From positions 1 to 39,423 of the IMG/VR virus record IMGVR_UViG_3300020044_005112: DNA of 39,423 nucleotides; one strand, given 5' to 3'. The notes under the pieces are model-generated. The model saw only the letters and a program-made list of their open reading frames with translations. It was not told where the DNA came from and did no database searches. Below, in pieces: positions 15,647 through 24,804 of this stretch; positions within the stretch are counted from its first letter, which is position 1, and each line of letters begins with the position of its first letter. A program made the position numbers and the translations under genes. Source of the stretch: a virus. Lineage: Duplodnaviria; Caudoviricetes.

Positions 15647-16938
15647 AGCTGCGCCCCTACCAAGAGCAGGCCGCTGACTTCCTGTACGAGCACGACCGGG
15701 CGATGATCCTCGCGCCGGTCGGCGCGGGCAAGACAGCCATCACGCTGACGGCCATGCGCGACCTGGTGGACAACGCGTCCATCCGTTTCTTGGTCGTTGC
15801 GCCGCTGCGCGTGGCGGCCTCGGTCTGGCCGGTCGAGGCGGCCAAGTGGGCGCCGTCGCTGGAGGTGCGCGCGGCAGTCGGCACACCGAACCAGCGCTTC
15901 GCTGCGCTGTACGACAGCGACGCCGACGTGGTGGTCATCAACTACGACAACCTGCAGTGGTGCGCGGACCTCGACCTGTCCGACTTTACGGGCGTGGTGT
16001 TTGACGAACTGACGCGCCTGAAGAACCCCGGCGGCAAGCGTTTCAAGGCGATGGAAAAGATCGTCAAGGCCGTCGAGATCCGCTGGGGCCTGACCGGCTC
16101 GTTCACCAGCAACGGTCTAGAGGACGTCTTCGGCCAGTGCAAGATCATCGACCACAGCCTGCTCGGGCGCACCAAGGGCGCGTTCATGCAGCAGCACTTC
16201 TTCCAGTACAACCGTGGCACCCACGTCGAGTGGGAACCGATGCCAGGCGCGCTGCAGCGCGTCATGCAGGCCATCAAGCCGGCCACCTACCTGTTGGAGC
16301 CGGGGCAGTACAAGGACACGCTGCCGCCGCTGCACACGGTCGAGGTGCCGCTGCAGATGGAGATGCGCGAGTACGACACGATGCGCAAGAACTTCGTGCT
16401 GGAGTTCCCAGACACGACAACTATTGCTCAGAACGCGGCGGTCGTCACACAAAAACTTCAGCAGTTGGCCGCAGGGTTCATCTACACCGACGACGGTGTG
16501 CGCTGGCTGTCACCGCACAAGCTCGACGCGCTGACCGACCTGCTGGCCGAGAACCAGCGCGCCCCCACCATCATCTGGTATCAGTACATCGGTGAACGGG
16601 TGGAACTCAAGCGCCAGTTCCCGCACGCGGTGGATGTGCGCGACGCTGGCGCCATTGACGCTTGGAACGCCGGCAAGATCGAGGTGCTGCTGGCGCACCC
16701 GGCGTCGGCTGGACACGGGCTCAACCTCCAGCACGGCGGCTGCCGCATGGTGTGGCTCACGTTGCCGTGGTCGCTGGAGCTGTACGAACAGGCTGTCGGG
16801 CGGCTGCACCGCTCTGGCCAGGCGCATGACGTGTGGTGCTACGTTCTGCTGACACACGGCACCATCGACCACAAAATCTGGGCCGCCCTGCGCGACAAGC
16901 GCAGCCTGTCCGACATCGCATTGGAAGCACTGAAATGA
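15643..16938 (+). CDS. SNF2-like (SF2) helicase (431 aa)
   Basis: LRPYQ, APVGAGKT, VVFDEL, LTGS, SAGHGLNLQ, QAVGRLHRSGQ. Confidence 0.9.
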   Translation: MKLRPYQEQAADFLYEHDRAMILAPVGAGKTAITLTAMRDLVDNASIRFLVVAPLRVAASVWPVEAAKWAPSLEVRAAVGTPNQRFAALYDSDADVVVINYDNLQWCADLDLSDFTGVVFDELTRLKNPGGKRFKAMEKIVKAVEIRWGLTGSFTSNGLEDVFGQCKIIDHSLLGRTKGAFMQQHFFQYNRGTHVEWEPMPGALQRVMQAIKPATYLLEPGQYKDTLPPLHTVEVPLQMEMREYDTMRKNFVLEFPDTTTIAQNAAVVTQKLQQLAAGFIYTDDGVRWLSPHKLDALTDLLAENQRAPTIIWYQYIGERVELKRQFPHAVDVRDAGAIDAWNAGKIEVLLAHPASAGHGLNLQHGGCRMVWLTLPWSLELYEQAVGRLHRSGQAHDVWCYVLLTHGTIDHKIWAALRDKRSLSDIALEALK

Positions 16939-17162
16939 CCCGCAAGCAACCGAACTCTTGGCGTTCGCTGAACAGGCGCCTGAACGCCATGACCGAAGAC
17001 GAAGTGAAGGCAGCGCTTGTTGCCGAAGTAGACGGCGAACGCCGCGTCACTGTCGTTGAGAGACTGCACCAGCGCTTCAGTGCGCTGCGTGCAACCCGAG
17101 AGCGCCTAGAACTGATGACGGAGATACAACGTGAGACTGCTCAACCCATTCCGAACCCCTAG
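16935..17162 (+). CDS. Hypothetical protein (75 aa)
   Basis: ATGA-coupled to the helicase; helical, with ERLHQRF..LR..RER. Confidence 0.7.
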   Translation: MTRKQPNSWRSLNRRLNAMTEDEVKAALVAEVDGERRVTVVERLHQRFSALRATRERLELMTEIQRETAQPIPNP

Positions 17163-17322
17163 CCCCGAAGAACTCATCGCCCGCGAGCTTGACCAGGCGC
17201 GGCGCGGCCTGCTGGAAGCGCAGACCGGGCGCGACTATGCCAACGCGATGGTGCTCTACCATGAGACGCGCATCGACCGGCTGCGCGCGCAACTGGAAGT
17301 GATGACGCAGGAGGGAGCATGA
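17131..17322 (+). CDS. Hypothetical coiled-coil protein (63 aa)
   Basis: SD GGAG before GTG; coupled to the next gene. Confidence 0.65.
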   Translation: MRLLNPFRTPSPEELIARELDQARRGLLEAQTGRDYANAMVLYHETRIDRLRAQLEVMTQEGA

Positions 17323-17516
17323 CAAAACTGCCACCAGACGTAAGCCGTTGCGGCGGGCTGTGGAAAGAAGATCCGCATTGGGGTAGGCTGTACAAGCGCG
17401 AGTGCACCGACTGCGCCAGACGCACCTACGCACCCGACAAGAACACGCCTCTCATCTACCCTTGGGACGGCCACGGGCCGTGCCCCGACTGGATACCGAA
17501 TGAAGAATTGCCCTGA
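17319..17516 (+). CDS. Cys-rich hypothetical protein (65 aa)
   Basis: ATGA-coupled; DVSRC..CTDCARR..CPDW. Confidence 0.6.
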   Translation: MTKLPPDVSRCGGLWKEDPHWGRLYKRECTDCARRTYAPDKNTPLIYPWDGHGPCPDWIPNEELP

Positions 17517-17709
17517 GTGCGGCGCTTGGGCTGACGTCCTAGAGTCGCGCAAACGTGTCGAATACCATTACCGACGATACAAATGCGCAAACAATCACCG
17601 CTTCACCACCCGCGAGTTCCTATGGGTTGCGACCAGCAAGGCCGATACCCTCAAGCGGCTGAATGCTGCACTGAACTCGGCGTTGAGGATGACGACGGCA
17701 ACAGCGTGA
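17500..17709 (+). CDS. Zinc-ribbon protein (NrdR-N/Ogr-Delta-like); candidate transcription regulator (69 aa)
   Basis: CPECG...VLESR...RRYKCANNHRFTTRE. Confidence 0.7.
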   Translation: MKNCPECGAWADVLESRKRVEYHYRRYKCANNHRFTTREFLWVATSKADTLKRLNAALNSALRMTTATA

Positions 17710-17774
17710 TGCCGCTGGCCGTAGCAGCGGTGGTCGCGGTGCTGCTGATCGCGGTAGGGATAGCTCTTGCCTGA
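17706..17774 (+). CDS. Small membrane peptide (22 aa, MMPLAVAAVVAVLLIAVGIALA)
   Basis: GTGA-coupled to the upstream stop; purely hydrophobic; last ORF of the operon. Confidence 0.4.
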   Translation: MMPLAVAAVVAVLLIAVGIALA

Positions 17775-17780
17775 TCTGCG

Positions 17781-18143
17781 TCAGTACGACCAGACCGTAG
17801 GCGCGGCGCGCAAGTCCAGATGGATGAACCGCCCCGCGCCTTTCTGCTGCACACCGATGCCGGTGAAGCCGAGGTGCATGGCCAGACGCAACACCTCATG
17901 GGCGTCAGCGCCTTGCACGCCGACGTCGCAGGCTAGGCCGGTGGAGTGCATGCCCGGCTCGGCCTTGGCCTTCTCCACCGGATGGTCAGGGCAGCGGTAG
18001 CCTGACGTGATGCTCATGGGGCGCTTGTAGACGTCACGCAGCGCCTGCAGACGCCCCATGAACTCGGGCTTCATCTCCTGCTTGCCGCAGTGCCGGCAGC
18101 GGAACTCAGCCTCGGTGAAGTTGGGATAGTCGGCCCAGTTCAC
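17781..18143 (-). CDS. Endolysin, peptidase M15 family (120 aa)
   Basis: EFRCRHCG, SGYRCPDH, MHSTGLACD, FIHLD (H-D-H zinc ligands). Confidence 0.88.
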   Translation of the reverse strand: MNWADYPNFTEAEFRCRHCGKQEMKPEFMGRLQALRDVYKRPMSITSGYRCPDHPVEKAKAEPGMHSTGLACDVGVQGADAHEVLRLAMHLGFTGIGVQQKGAGRFIHLDLRAAPTVWSY

Positions 18144-18307
18144 TGCTTGCGCTTGTCGTAGACCGACCAGCCCACGCCGGCCAGCGCCGCGCCGCCGCCG
18201 ATGATGGCGTCCATGACGTCGCTGCCGATGCCGTACTTGACAGCGAAGCCGCCGGCCAGCGCGGTCAGGAGGTGGCGCACCAGCGCTTGAATGATCATCG
18301 CGTTCAT
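18140..18307 (-). CDS. Putative holin (55 aa)
   Basis: Manual translation MNAMIIQALVRHLLTALAGGFAVKYGIGSDVMDAIIGGGAALAGVGWSVYDKRKQ: two hydrophobic segments and a basic tail; SD AAAGGA; GTGA-coupled to the endolysin. Confidence 0.7.
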   Translation of the reverse strand: MNAMIIQALVRHLLTALAGGFAVKYGIGSDVMDAIIGGGAALAGVGWSVYDKRKQ

Positions 18308-18317
18308 GTCAGTCCTT

Positions 18318-18545
18318 TCAGGGTTTGTCCGCCTTGTGGTCGAGCTTGGCGAAGATCTGGCGGCAGATCTCCTTCACCTCGTCGATGTCGCGCCGGTAGT
18401 CATCCTTGGCGACATAGTTCAGCGGCATCTGCCGCACGTCCTTGTCCAGCAACCTGATGGTCTGGTAGATGTTGTTCAGCACCCACCCGCCAAGGAACCC
18501 GGCGATGGAGACGGCGACGTTGAAGAGGTATTGCGTGTCCATCAT
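18318..18545 (-). CDS. Membrane-anchored coiled-coil protein of the lysis cassette (75 aa)
   Basis: N-terminal TM segment (YLFNVAVSIAGFLGGWVL) followed by a charged helix; upstream of the holin. Confidence 0.7.
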   Translation of the reverse strand: MMDTQYLFNVAVSIAGFLGGWVLNNIYQTIRLLDKDVRQMPLNYVAKDDYRRDIDEVKEICRQIFAKLDHKADKP

Positions 18546-20698
18546 CGTGCAAGGGCGTTGTAGTTTGCCGGTTCCGCTCGGGGCGCGATCTCAACCCCAG
18601 CGCCTATTGTTGCCGCGCGGCCAAACTGTGGTAACAGTTGGTTAGTTGCCGCACGATCAGCCTGCAGACGGATGGCCTTGGAAATTGAATCGGCAGCCAT
18701 CGCAGGGTTGGTGAGTTCGCGTGCGATCTCCAGCGCGATCTTATCGTCCATCCGCAGCGCCAGCCGCTTGTAGACGTTGTTGAAGATCGTGATGGGCACC
18801 AACAGGAAGTTGGGTAGTGGAAGGCCCAGCTCCTTGCCTGTCTCTGTACCCAACCCTTTGACCTTAACTTCAGATTGCGCGCCGGCTTGGACAAGGCGCT
18901 GAAACTCGGCTTCTCGCAACAGGTCTTCTTTGACGGCGCCGACGTGCGTCTTTTGTTGGGGCGTCAAACCTTGCGTAAGTTCATCGATACGCTTTTGCAC
19001 CGCCATCGCGTTTGCGCCAGGCGGGAGCGGAGGTGCAAGTTTGTTGCCACTGGCTTCAGCAAGTTCTTGGATCTTGGCCAGCCGCGCAGCATCCTTGGCA
19101 ACAACGTCAAGGCGCTGCGAGACGTTCACTCCGGCGTCGTCAAGAATGCGCAGCGGGTCCGCGTACTTCTTGACAAACTTGGCGTGCGCCTCGGGGGTCA
19201 CGCGGCCAGCAGCGTCCGTGACTTCGCGGCGGTACAGGTCTTCAATGCCCGAGCGCGCCACCTTCAACGCATCGGCGTTCTTGCCAAACATCGTGACAAA
19301 CTGTTGAGCCTCGCGCTCGCCCTTGGGTTGGAAGTACGTCTTGACGACATCATCCGGGTTCAGCTTGGGCTCGTTAAGCGCCGTCTGCTTGAACAGGTTG
19401 GCGTTGACGCCGGTCTTGAACCGAGGCGCGTACTGCGTGCGGTATGTATCCAGCGCCCCGCGGTACAAACCCTTGGCCTCATCGGACAACGCGGCGCTGC
19501 CCTCTATCGCTTCATCAATCGACTTGTGCAGCTTGCCCAAGTTGCGCAGCGTTGTGGCCGCAGCCGGGTCGCTTGACCGTGCGGCAGCAGCAATGTCGGC
19601 GTTGATGGCTTTGCGCACGTCGTCAAGCTGCGCCAGCGTTACCTCAGGCGCGCCAGCAGGCGGCGTCGGGGCTTTCAGCTTGGACGACACAACGCCAGCA
19701 CCAACCGGCTTGGCGGCGGGGGCTTTTGGCTGCAGCGACAGCAGCTTGCCAACGGTAGCCGGCGCGGTGCTGGGGTCAAACGTGGACAGTTCGCGCCCGA
19801 GAATCGACTCGGCTTCTTTGACGACGTTGCTGACGTCGATCTTGTCGTCGCCGGCTGCCGCAAACGCTTTCGCGTATGCCGGCTCGACCACCTGCTTCTT
19901 AACGGCTTCCTTCTCGGCCTCGGCAGCAGCCAACAACGTCTCACCAGTTTCGCGCTGGCTTACGGTGGTCAGGCCACGGTCGATCTTGGCTTTGGCCTTG
20001 GCGGCTGCCGCTTGGAACTTGGCGTCTGCCCGCCCCTGCTGCGCTAGGCGAGCCTGGTTGGTCTGCGCAGCCATCGCGGCGTAGTCCGACGCCATTGCAG
20101 GCACCTTCGACGCTTGCGCCTGAAGCGCCGAGAACCGCACACTGCCCGCAGGCGCGGCCATCTCACCGGCAGTCGGTGCCGCGCCAGGCACAGCAGACGG
20201 CTTGCCGCGCAGCGCGGCGATGATGTCGTCGCCCTTGTTGTCAAGGGCCTGCAAGTAGGTGTCGAGCTTGATGTTCTTGATCTTGCTGACGTACTCGCCA
20301 GCCTTGGCCACGGCAGGGCCAACGATGCCACGGCCAATACCTTCCATCACGGACCCAACCGCAACGTCTTTGGCGCCGCCGCCCACTGCCTCAAGCGCGG
20401 TGCTTGGGCCTTGACGGTATCCGAGCGCCGTCTCTAGCACGTCCAAGCCCGTTTTCGCGGCGCCGTAACCGAGTCCCGCGCCGCCAATAGCACCTACTGG
20501 ACCCAACGGAGTCCCCAGCGCCGCACCGCCGACGCCGCCCAGCGCCTCGACCGTAGGCCGCACGAACTCAATCGCGCGGCGCCCGAACGGAACTTCTGAC
20601 GGCTGAGAAGGCTGCGTTGGCTGAACGGCAGTACGCGCCGCTTTGGCTTCCAGTTCAGCCAACCGACGCAGCGCCGCCAATTCTTCGCGGGGGTCCAT
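18542..20698 (-). CDS. Internal virion/ejection protein, P22 gp16 position (718 aa)
   Basis: Third of three Ala/Gly-rich helical genes after the tail; Gly-rich hydrophobic stretch near the N-terminus. Confidence 0.7.
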   Translation of the reverse strand: MDPREELAALRRLAELEAKAARTAVQPTQPSQPSEVPFGRRAIEFVRPTVEALGGVGGAALGTPLGPVGAIGGAGLGYGAAKTGLDVLETALGYRQGPSTALEAVGGGAKDVAVGSVMEGIGRGIVGPAVAKAGEYVSKIKNIKLDTYLQALDNKGDDIIAALRGKPSAVPGAAPTAGEMAAPAGSVRFSALQAQASKVPAMASDYAAMAAQTNQARLAQQGRADAKFQAAAAKAKAKIDRGLTTVSQRETGETLLAAAEAEKEAVKKQVVEPAYAKAFAAAGDDKIDVSNVVKEAESILGRELSTFDPSTAPATVGKLLSLQPKAPAAKPVGAGVVSSKLKAPTPPAGAPEVTLAQLDDVRKAINADIAAAARSSDPAAATTLRNLGKLHKSIDEAIEGSAALSDEAKGLYRGALDTYRTQYAPRFKTGVNANLFKQTALNEPKLNPDDVVKTYFQPKGEREAQQFVTMFGKNADALKVARSGIEDLYRREVTDAAGRVTPEAHAKFVKKYADPLRILDDAGVNVSQRLDVVAKDAARLAKIQELAEASGNKLAPPLPPGANAMAVQKRIDELTQGLTPQQKTHVGAVKEDLLREAEFQRLVQAGAQSEVKVKGLGTETGKELGLPLPNFLLVPITIFNNVYKRLALRMDDKIALEIARELTNPAMAADSISKAIRLQADRAATNQLLPQFGRAATIGAGVEIAPRAEPANYNALAR

Positions 20699-20700
20699 TG

Positions 20701-22149
20701 TCAGCCTCCTTTGCGAAGTAGTTTACGAAGCTGTTCCAATTCTGCCTGTTCGGCAGGTGATAGCGCGCCGGTTGCCGGTGCCGGCGCCGCCCCCGCAGGC
20801 GTCACAGCCCCACCGGACTTGCGCCCCTTGGGCTGCGTTGACTTTGGCGGCGGTAGATCTCTGAACTGCGGGAACCGCTCAAAGTCTTCACCGAACTGAC
20901 GGTTGTAAGCGTCTTGGATGCGCTCCATCGCACCCAACGCCTGCGCCTCCACAAGACCGATTTGCTCCAGCAAAGGCCCAGCGCCTTTAACGGGCTCAAT
21001 AGCTGCGATTTGGTCTGCAAGAATCTTCCATTCTTGATTGGCAATAGACCCGATTGCGCCAGATGCAGCAGCAGCGGCTTTACCCAACGCAGTAACTTTG
21101 CCTTTTAGGTTAGCCAGTCGAGTTTCTGCTTGCGCCGCCTCGCCTTCCGGGAACGAAGGCAACATGGTGCCCGTGAAGCCGGTCGCGCGCGACAGGCCGG
21201 GTGAGGATTTGACAGCAGCAATTGAATCCAGCACATCTTGCGTCGTTTGCAACGCGGACGATGCCGACTTGAATTCCTTGCCCAGTTTGTCGCGCCGCGT
21301 CGCCTCTTGCGCAGCGGTAAGCGGCTTGGCGGCGGGCTCTTTGGCCGGCGCAGGCGCTGCTGTCCCGCGCTCTTGCGTAGCCGCGATGGCCGCTTGCGGT
21401 GGTGCTATGTATTTCTGTTCTTGCCGATCAAACATCAACTTACCAACTGGAACAAAACGATCTTGCAGTCTTGCGCCGAGTTGATCTTTTGGCAACAACT
21501 TCAACAGCCGTTCGCCGCGCTCGCGCACGGCCTTGACGTTGCTGCCTGCCATCTCATTGATTTCAGCGCGAGTGAAGCCGCCAACCATAGGCTCAGCAGC
21601 GGCGGGGCGCGCGGCCAGTGCGTTGGCTGGCGCGGGCTGCGTAGTGCCGATGTCGAACGGCGTGCCGGCCAGCATGTTGGTGGGTGCGGCGGGGGCTGCG
21701 GGCAACGCGGCGGCGGGCTGACGCATCATGGACGGCGCAGGGCCACGGATGCGGCTCATCTCGGCGGCTTCGCGGTCTTCCTCGTCCAACGCCCGCATGC
21801 CCTCGGTGGCCAGCCTGATCAGCGAATCTTCGCCGGTCTGCATGCCGAACTGCAGCACCTGGCCGAGCGTGGGGCGGTCGAGCTTGTGGCCGCCCTCGGC
21901 CATCTTGGCGCTAAGCCCCACCAAGAACTCTTGCCGCTTGGCGGCCTGCGCAGCCTTGGCCGCGCGCTCTTGAGTCATCGCCTGCCGGTCTTGCATCATG
22001 GCCAGACGCTCGGCACGCTGCGCGGCCATGTTCTCCATCTGCGACTGGCGCAGCATGTTCTGCTCGACCTCGCGCTGCACATCCTGCTGGCCTTGGAAGA
22101 ACGCCGACGCCGGTTGCGCCGGCTGGAGAAGTCCGAAGTTGACTGCCAT
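20701..22149 (-). CDS. Internal virion/ejection protein, P22 gp20 position (482 aa)
   Basis: Gln/Ala-rich helical protein; synteny. Confidence 0.65.
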   Translation of the reverse strand: MAVNFGLLQPAQPASAFFQGQQDVQREVEQNMLRQSQMENMAAQRAERLAMMQDRQAMTQERAAKAAQAAKRQEFLVGLSAKMAEGGHKLDRPTLGQVLQFGMQTGEDSLIRLATEGMRALDEEDREAAEMSRIRGPAPSMMRQPAAALPAAPAAPTNMLAGTPFDIGTTQPAPANALAARPAAAEPMVGGFTRAEINEMAGSNVKAVRERGERLLKLLPKDQLGARLQDRFVPVGKLMFDRQEQKYIAPPQAAIAATQERGTAAPAPAKEPAAKPLTAAQEATRRDKLGKEFKSASSALQTTQDVLDSIAAVKSSPGLSRATGFTGTMLPSFPEGEAAQAETRLANLKGKVTALGKAAAAASGAIGSIANQEWKILADQIAAIEPVKGAGPLLEQIGLVEAQALGAMERIQDAYNRQFGEDFERFPQFRDLPPPKSTQPKGRKSGGAVTPAGAAPAPATGALSPAEQAELEQLRKLLRKGG

Positions 22150-22158
22150 GTTGGCTCC

Positions 22159-22854
22159 TTAACGCGGGCCTGTAAAGTCAGGGTAATACCCGCCGCCACC
22201 ACCGCCACCGCTCGGGTAGATGTCGCGTGACTCAACCGGCGCGTAGTTCGGCGTCTGCGGCTGACCGTAATACCGACCGGCCAGATAGCCCAACTGGTTC
22301 AGGCCGCCCGAGTAGGCGCTGCCTCGGGCCAGCGCGGCGTTGGCTGCCGTGTTCCCTTGCTGCTGGTAGATGTTGCCGACGTTGGTGGCGTAGTTCTGGC
22401 CGAGGTTGCTCATCACGCCAGCAGCCTGCGGGCCGACGTTGGCCATACTGGCTAGGCGGTTGTACGCCGCACCGAACTCCTGCGATCCGAGGTCTTGACC
22501 GTAACGCTGCGCGGCCCGCAAAGCGCCGCCCGAGATCAGTCCACCACGCGCCGCAGCCTGGCGGTCCAGCGCCTTCATGCCTTCGCTCAGACGGAACTGG
22601 TAACCAGGGTCCATCTGCAAGAAGTTCTGCGCCTCGGGGCCGCCGCGCTGCAGCGCCGCCAGCCGGTTGAACATCTCCGTGCCGGTCTCTAGGAATGGTT
22701 GCTGACGCGCAACCGATTCCTCGTACATGCGCTGCTGCAGCTCGGTGGCGCGGTCAGCAGACTGCGCCGACGTCTGCGCCGCAGACTTTGCGGCGCGCGA
22801 CGACATGGAACTGCCGATTAGCGCGGCGGCGGCAGGGATGAGAAACTGAAACAT
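22159..22854 (-). CDS. DNA ejection protein, P22 gp7-like (231 aa)
   Basis: Hydrophobic N-terminus; MDPGYQFRLSEG...AAARGGLISG motif typical of gp7-like proteins. Confidence 0.8.
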   Translation of the reverse strand: MFQFLIPAAAALIGSSMSSRAAKSAAQTSAQSADRATELQQRMYEESVARQQPFLETGTEMFNRLAALQRGGPEAQNFLQMDPGYQFRLSEGMKALDRQAAARGGLISGGALRAAQRYGQDLGSQEFGAAYNRLASMANVGPQAAGVMSNLGQNYATNVGNIYQQQGNTAANAALARGSAYSGGLNQLGYLAGRYYGQPQTPNYAPVESRDIYPSGGGGGGGYYPDFTGPR

Positions 22855-22863
22855 GGCCGCTCC

Positions 22864-23202
22864 TTAGGATGTCACCTCGCGCCCGGAAGCGCGGATGTTG
22901 ATGGCGCTTGCCGTGCCGGCGATTGTAGAGATGAACCCGCTGGGCGCAAGCACTTGGCCGACCAGTTCAGGGAACGTGTACGTCTCAGCAGGCTGCAGCG
23001 TCTTGGTCTTGACGATCAAGTTCTGATTGCCTGCGGTGTCGGCCAGCGTAACCAAGTTCACGCTGATCGTCGCAGCGCTGGCGCTGTAGTTCGTCGCGGT
23101 GAACTTGTCGATGATCGCCGTGACGCCCGTGGCGGTGTACTGCGTGGTCTGGCTGTTCTCGGCGGTCTTGGCCGGGATCAGAACTTTGACGGTGACTGTC
23201 AT
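22864..23202 (-). CDS. Small beta-rich virion structural protein (112 aa)
   Basis: Thr/Ala-rich; SD AAGGA; between the tailspike and ejection genes. Confidence 0.6.
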   Translation of the reverse strand: MTVTVKVLIPAKTAENSQTTQYTATGVTAIIDKFTATNYSASAATISVNLVTLADTAGNQNLIVKTKTLQPAETYTFPELVGQVLAPSGFISTIAGTASAINIRASGREVTS

Positions 23203-23211
23203 GGCTATTCC

Positions 23212-24795
23212 TTACACTCTGTTGTAGTACGGGATGACGACTTCTGTCGCGCCGACCCATACTCTTAGATACCCCAGCGGCGTGGCGGGCAGCGCGCTCG
23301 CGCCGCCTGCGGCCCCAACGGTCGTCTGCGTGCCCGCGCCCAGCGTCAATGCGCCTGCGGCGCCACTTGTTGGAATGCCTTCAAGCGTCAGCGCCCGCTT
23401 GAGGTAAGCATCACCATCGCCGGTTATGTAACTGCGCTCCGTGCCACCTGAATCAAGGCCGGACAATACTTTTGCGGAACCGGTGGCGTAGGACTGCAAT
23501 TTCAACACCGCTTTTCCAGCCGTTGCAGGCGTCTGGTAATTCATGACGCTACCCTCGCGGGTTTCGTACATATTGCCCGAGCCGAGATCGCTGATGTTCG
23601 TGTTTACCATCGTAAACCCGTGGCCAATCATCCGGCACTCGCGGGCGTTCACGGTGAACTGAATCTGATACGTTGGCTGGATGGCGGGATTCTCCATCCG
23701 GGGCCAATAGATGACGTTGTTATCGCCGTTGATGACCGCAGCCGTGGCAAGCGCAGAGTTGTCCTCAAACGACGGGCCGTAGAAACGGTTGTTGTTCAGG
23801 ACGGACGTTGCGAAGTGGTTGATAAACAGGTTTGTCGTGGCAACGGCAGGATACGCGCTGCTATGGTTAAACGAGCCGCCGTAGAAGTTGTTTTCGTTGC
23901 AGTACCCAACGCCCGATGCCGTCAGGTACAGGTTGCGCAGGTTGTCGTGGATGAAGCCAAGGTGAACCTCGTTGTACGAGAAGCCGCCGTTGGCCTGATC
24001 TGCAAAACACAGCACACCGTCGTAGAAGCCGGTGCATTTCCGGACGTCCACATAGGACGCCACAAGGTTACGCAACTGAACGCCAGACGATAGCGTCGTG
24101 GTGTCATTGGATGTACGTTCAATCTTAATGCCCGTCACCGTCAGGGAGAAGGTGTTGGTCGATGTGCTGCCGATGCGGATGGCCGGACTGCTCGACACGC
24201 TGGAACGGATTAGGCCGAGGAAGCTGATCGTGCTGTGGTTTGGCAGGTCGAACGTCAGCGAGGCGCTGGTGAGATACGTCCCGTAGTCAACGATTAGCTC
24301 AGGTGCTGTAAGCGTCTTGGCGTAAGTGATCGCCGCCTGAATCGCCGCCGTGTCATCGGCCACACCATTGCCAACAGCCCCAAAGTCCTTGACGCTCACG
24401 GTATCGCGCAGTTTGCTCTGCACCGTGCGTGCAACTGCGCTAGTGCCGGCTTGGATAAAACCGATAAGCGAAGATCCATTAGATGCCGCCAGTGCAGCTA
24501 AATCACTGTTGGCCTCAACATCATCTTCTGTCCAGACCGTGACGCCGGTAGAGGTCTGCAGGATGAACTTGTAATCGCTACCGTTGGTCAGCCACACTTG
24601 ATACGGCACACGCCCCGCCGAGTCCAACACAATAGGGTTGGAATTAGCCGTAACACCGTTGCTAGATGTGTAGGTGGCCAACGGCGTAGTAGTGCCTGCG
24701 GCGTAGGTGTACAGCAGACCGCCGTTCAACGGCACGCCGTTGTCGTCAAAAAACTGCCAGCCTGCGCCTGCAAGAAGGGAAAGTGAAACGCTCAT
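23212..24795 (-). CDS. Tailspike / polysaccharide depolymerase (527 aa)
   Basis: N-terminal anchor (QFFDDNGVPL..YTYAAGTTTP..NPIVLDSAGR), then RTVQSKLRDTVSVKDFGAVGNGVADDTAAIQAA (pectate-lyase-3-like entry) and an Asn-rich beta-helix. Confidence 0.85.
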   Translation of the reverse strand: MSVSLSLLAGAGWQFFDDNGVPLNGGLLYTYAAGTTTPLATYTSSNGVTANSNPIVLDSAGRVPYQVWLTNGSDYKFILQTSTGVTVWTEDDVEANSDLAALAASNGSSLIGFIQAGTSAVARTVQSKLRDTVSVKDFGAVGNGVADDTAAIQAAITYAKTLTAPELIVDYGTYLTSASLTFDLPNHSTISFLGLIRSSVSSSPAIRIGSTSTNTFSLTVTGIKIERTSNDTTTLSSGVQLRNLVASYVDVRKCTGFYDGVLCFADQANGGFSYNEVHLGFIHDNLRNLYLTASGVGYCNENNFYGGSFNHSSAYPAVATTNLFINHFATSVLNNNRFYGPSFEDNSALATAAVINGDNNVIYWPRMENPAIQPTYQIQFTVNARECRMIGHGFTMVNTNISDLGSGNMYETREGSVMNYQTPATAGKAVLKLQSYATGSAKVLSGLDSGGTERSYITGDGDAYLKRALTLEGIPTSGAAGALTLGAGTQTTVGAAGGASALPATPLGYLRVWVGATEVVIPYYNRV

Positions 24796-24804
24796 GATTG
24801 ATCC

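Noticed and set aside
18296-18307. Holin dual-start motif (Met-Asn-Ala-Met)
   Set aside because: It lacks the basic residue that defines the lambda S105/S107-type antiholin extension.
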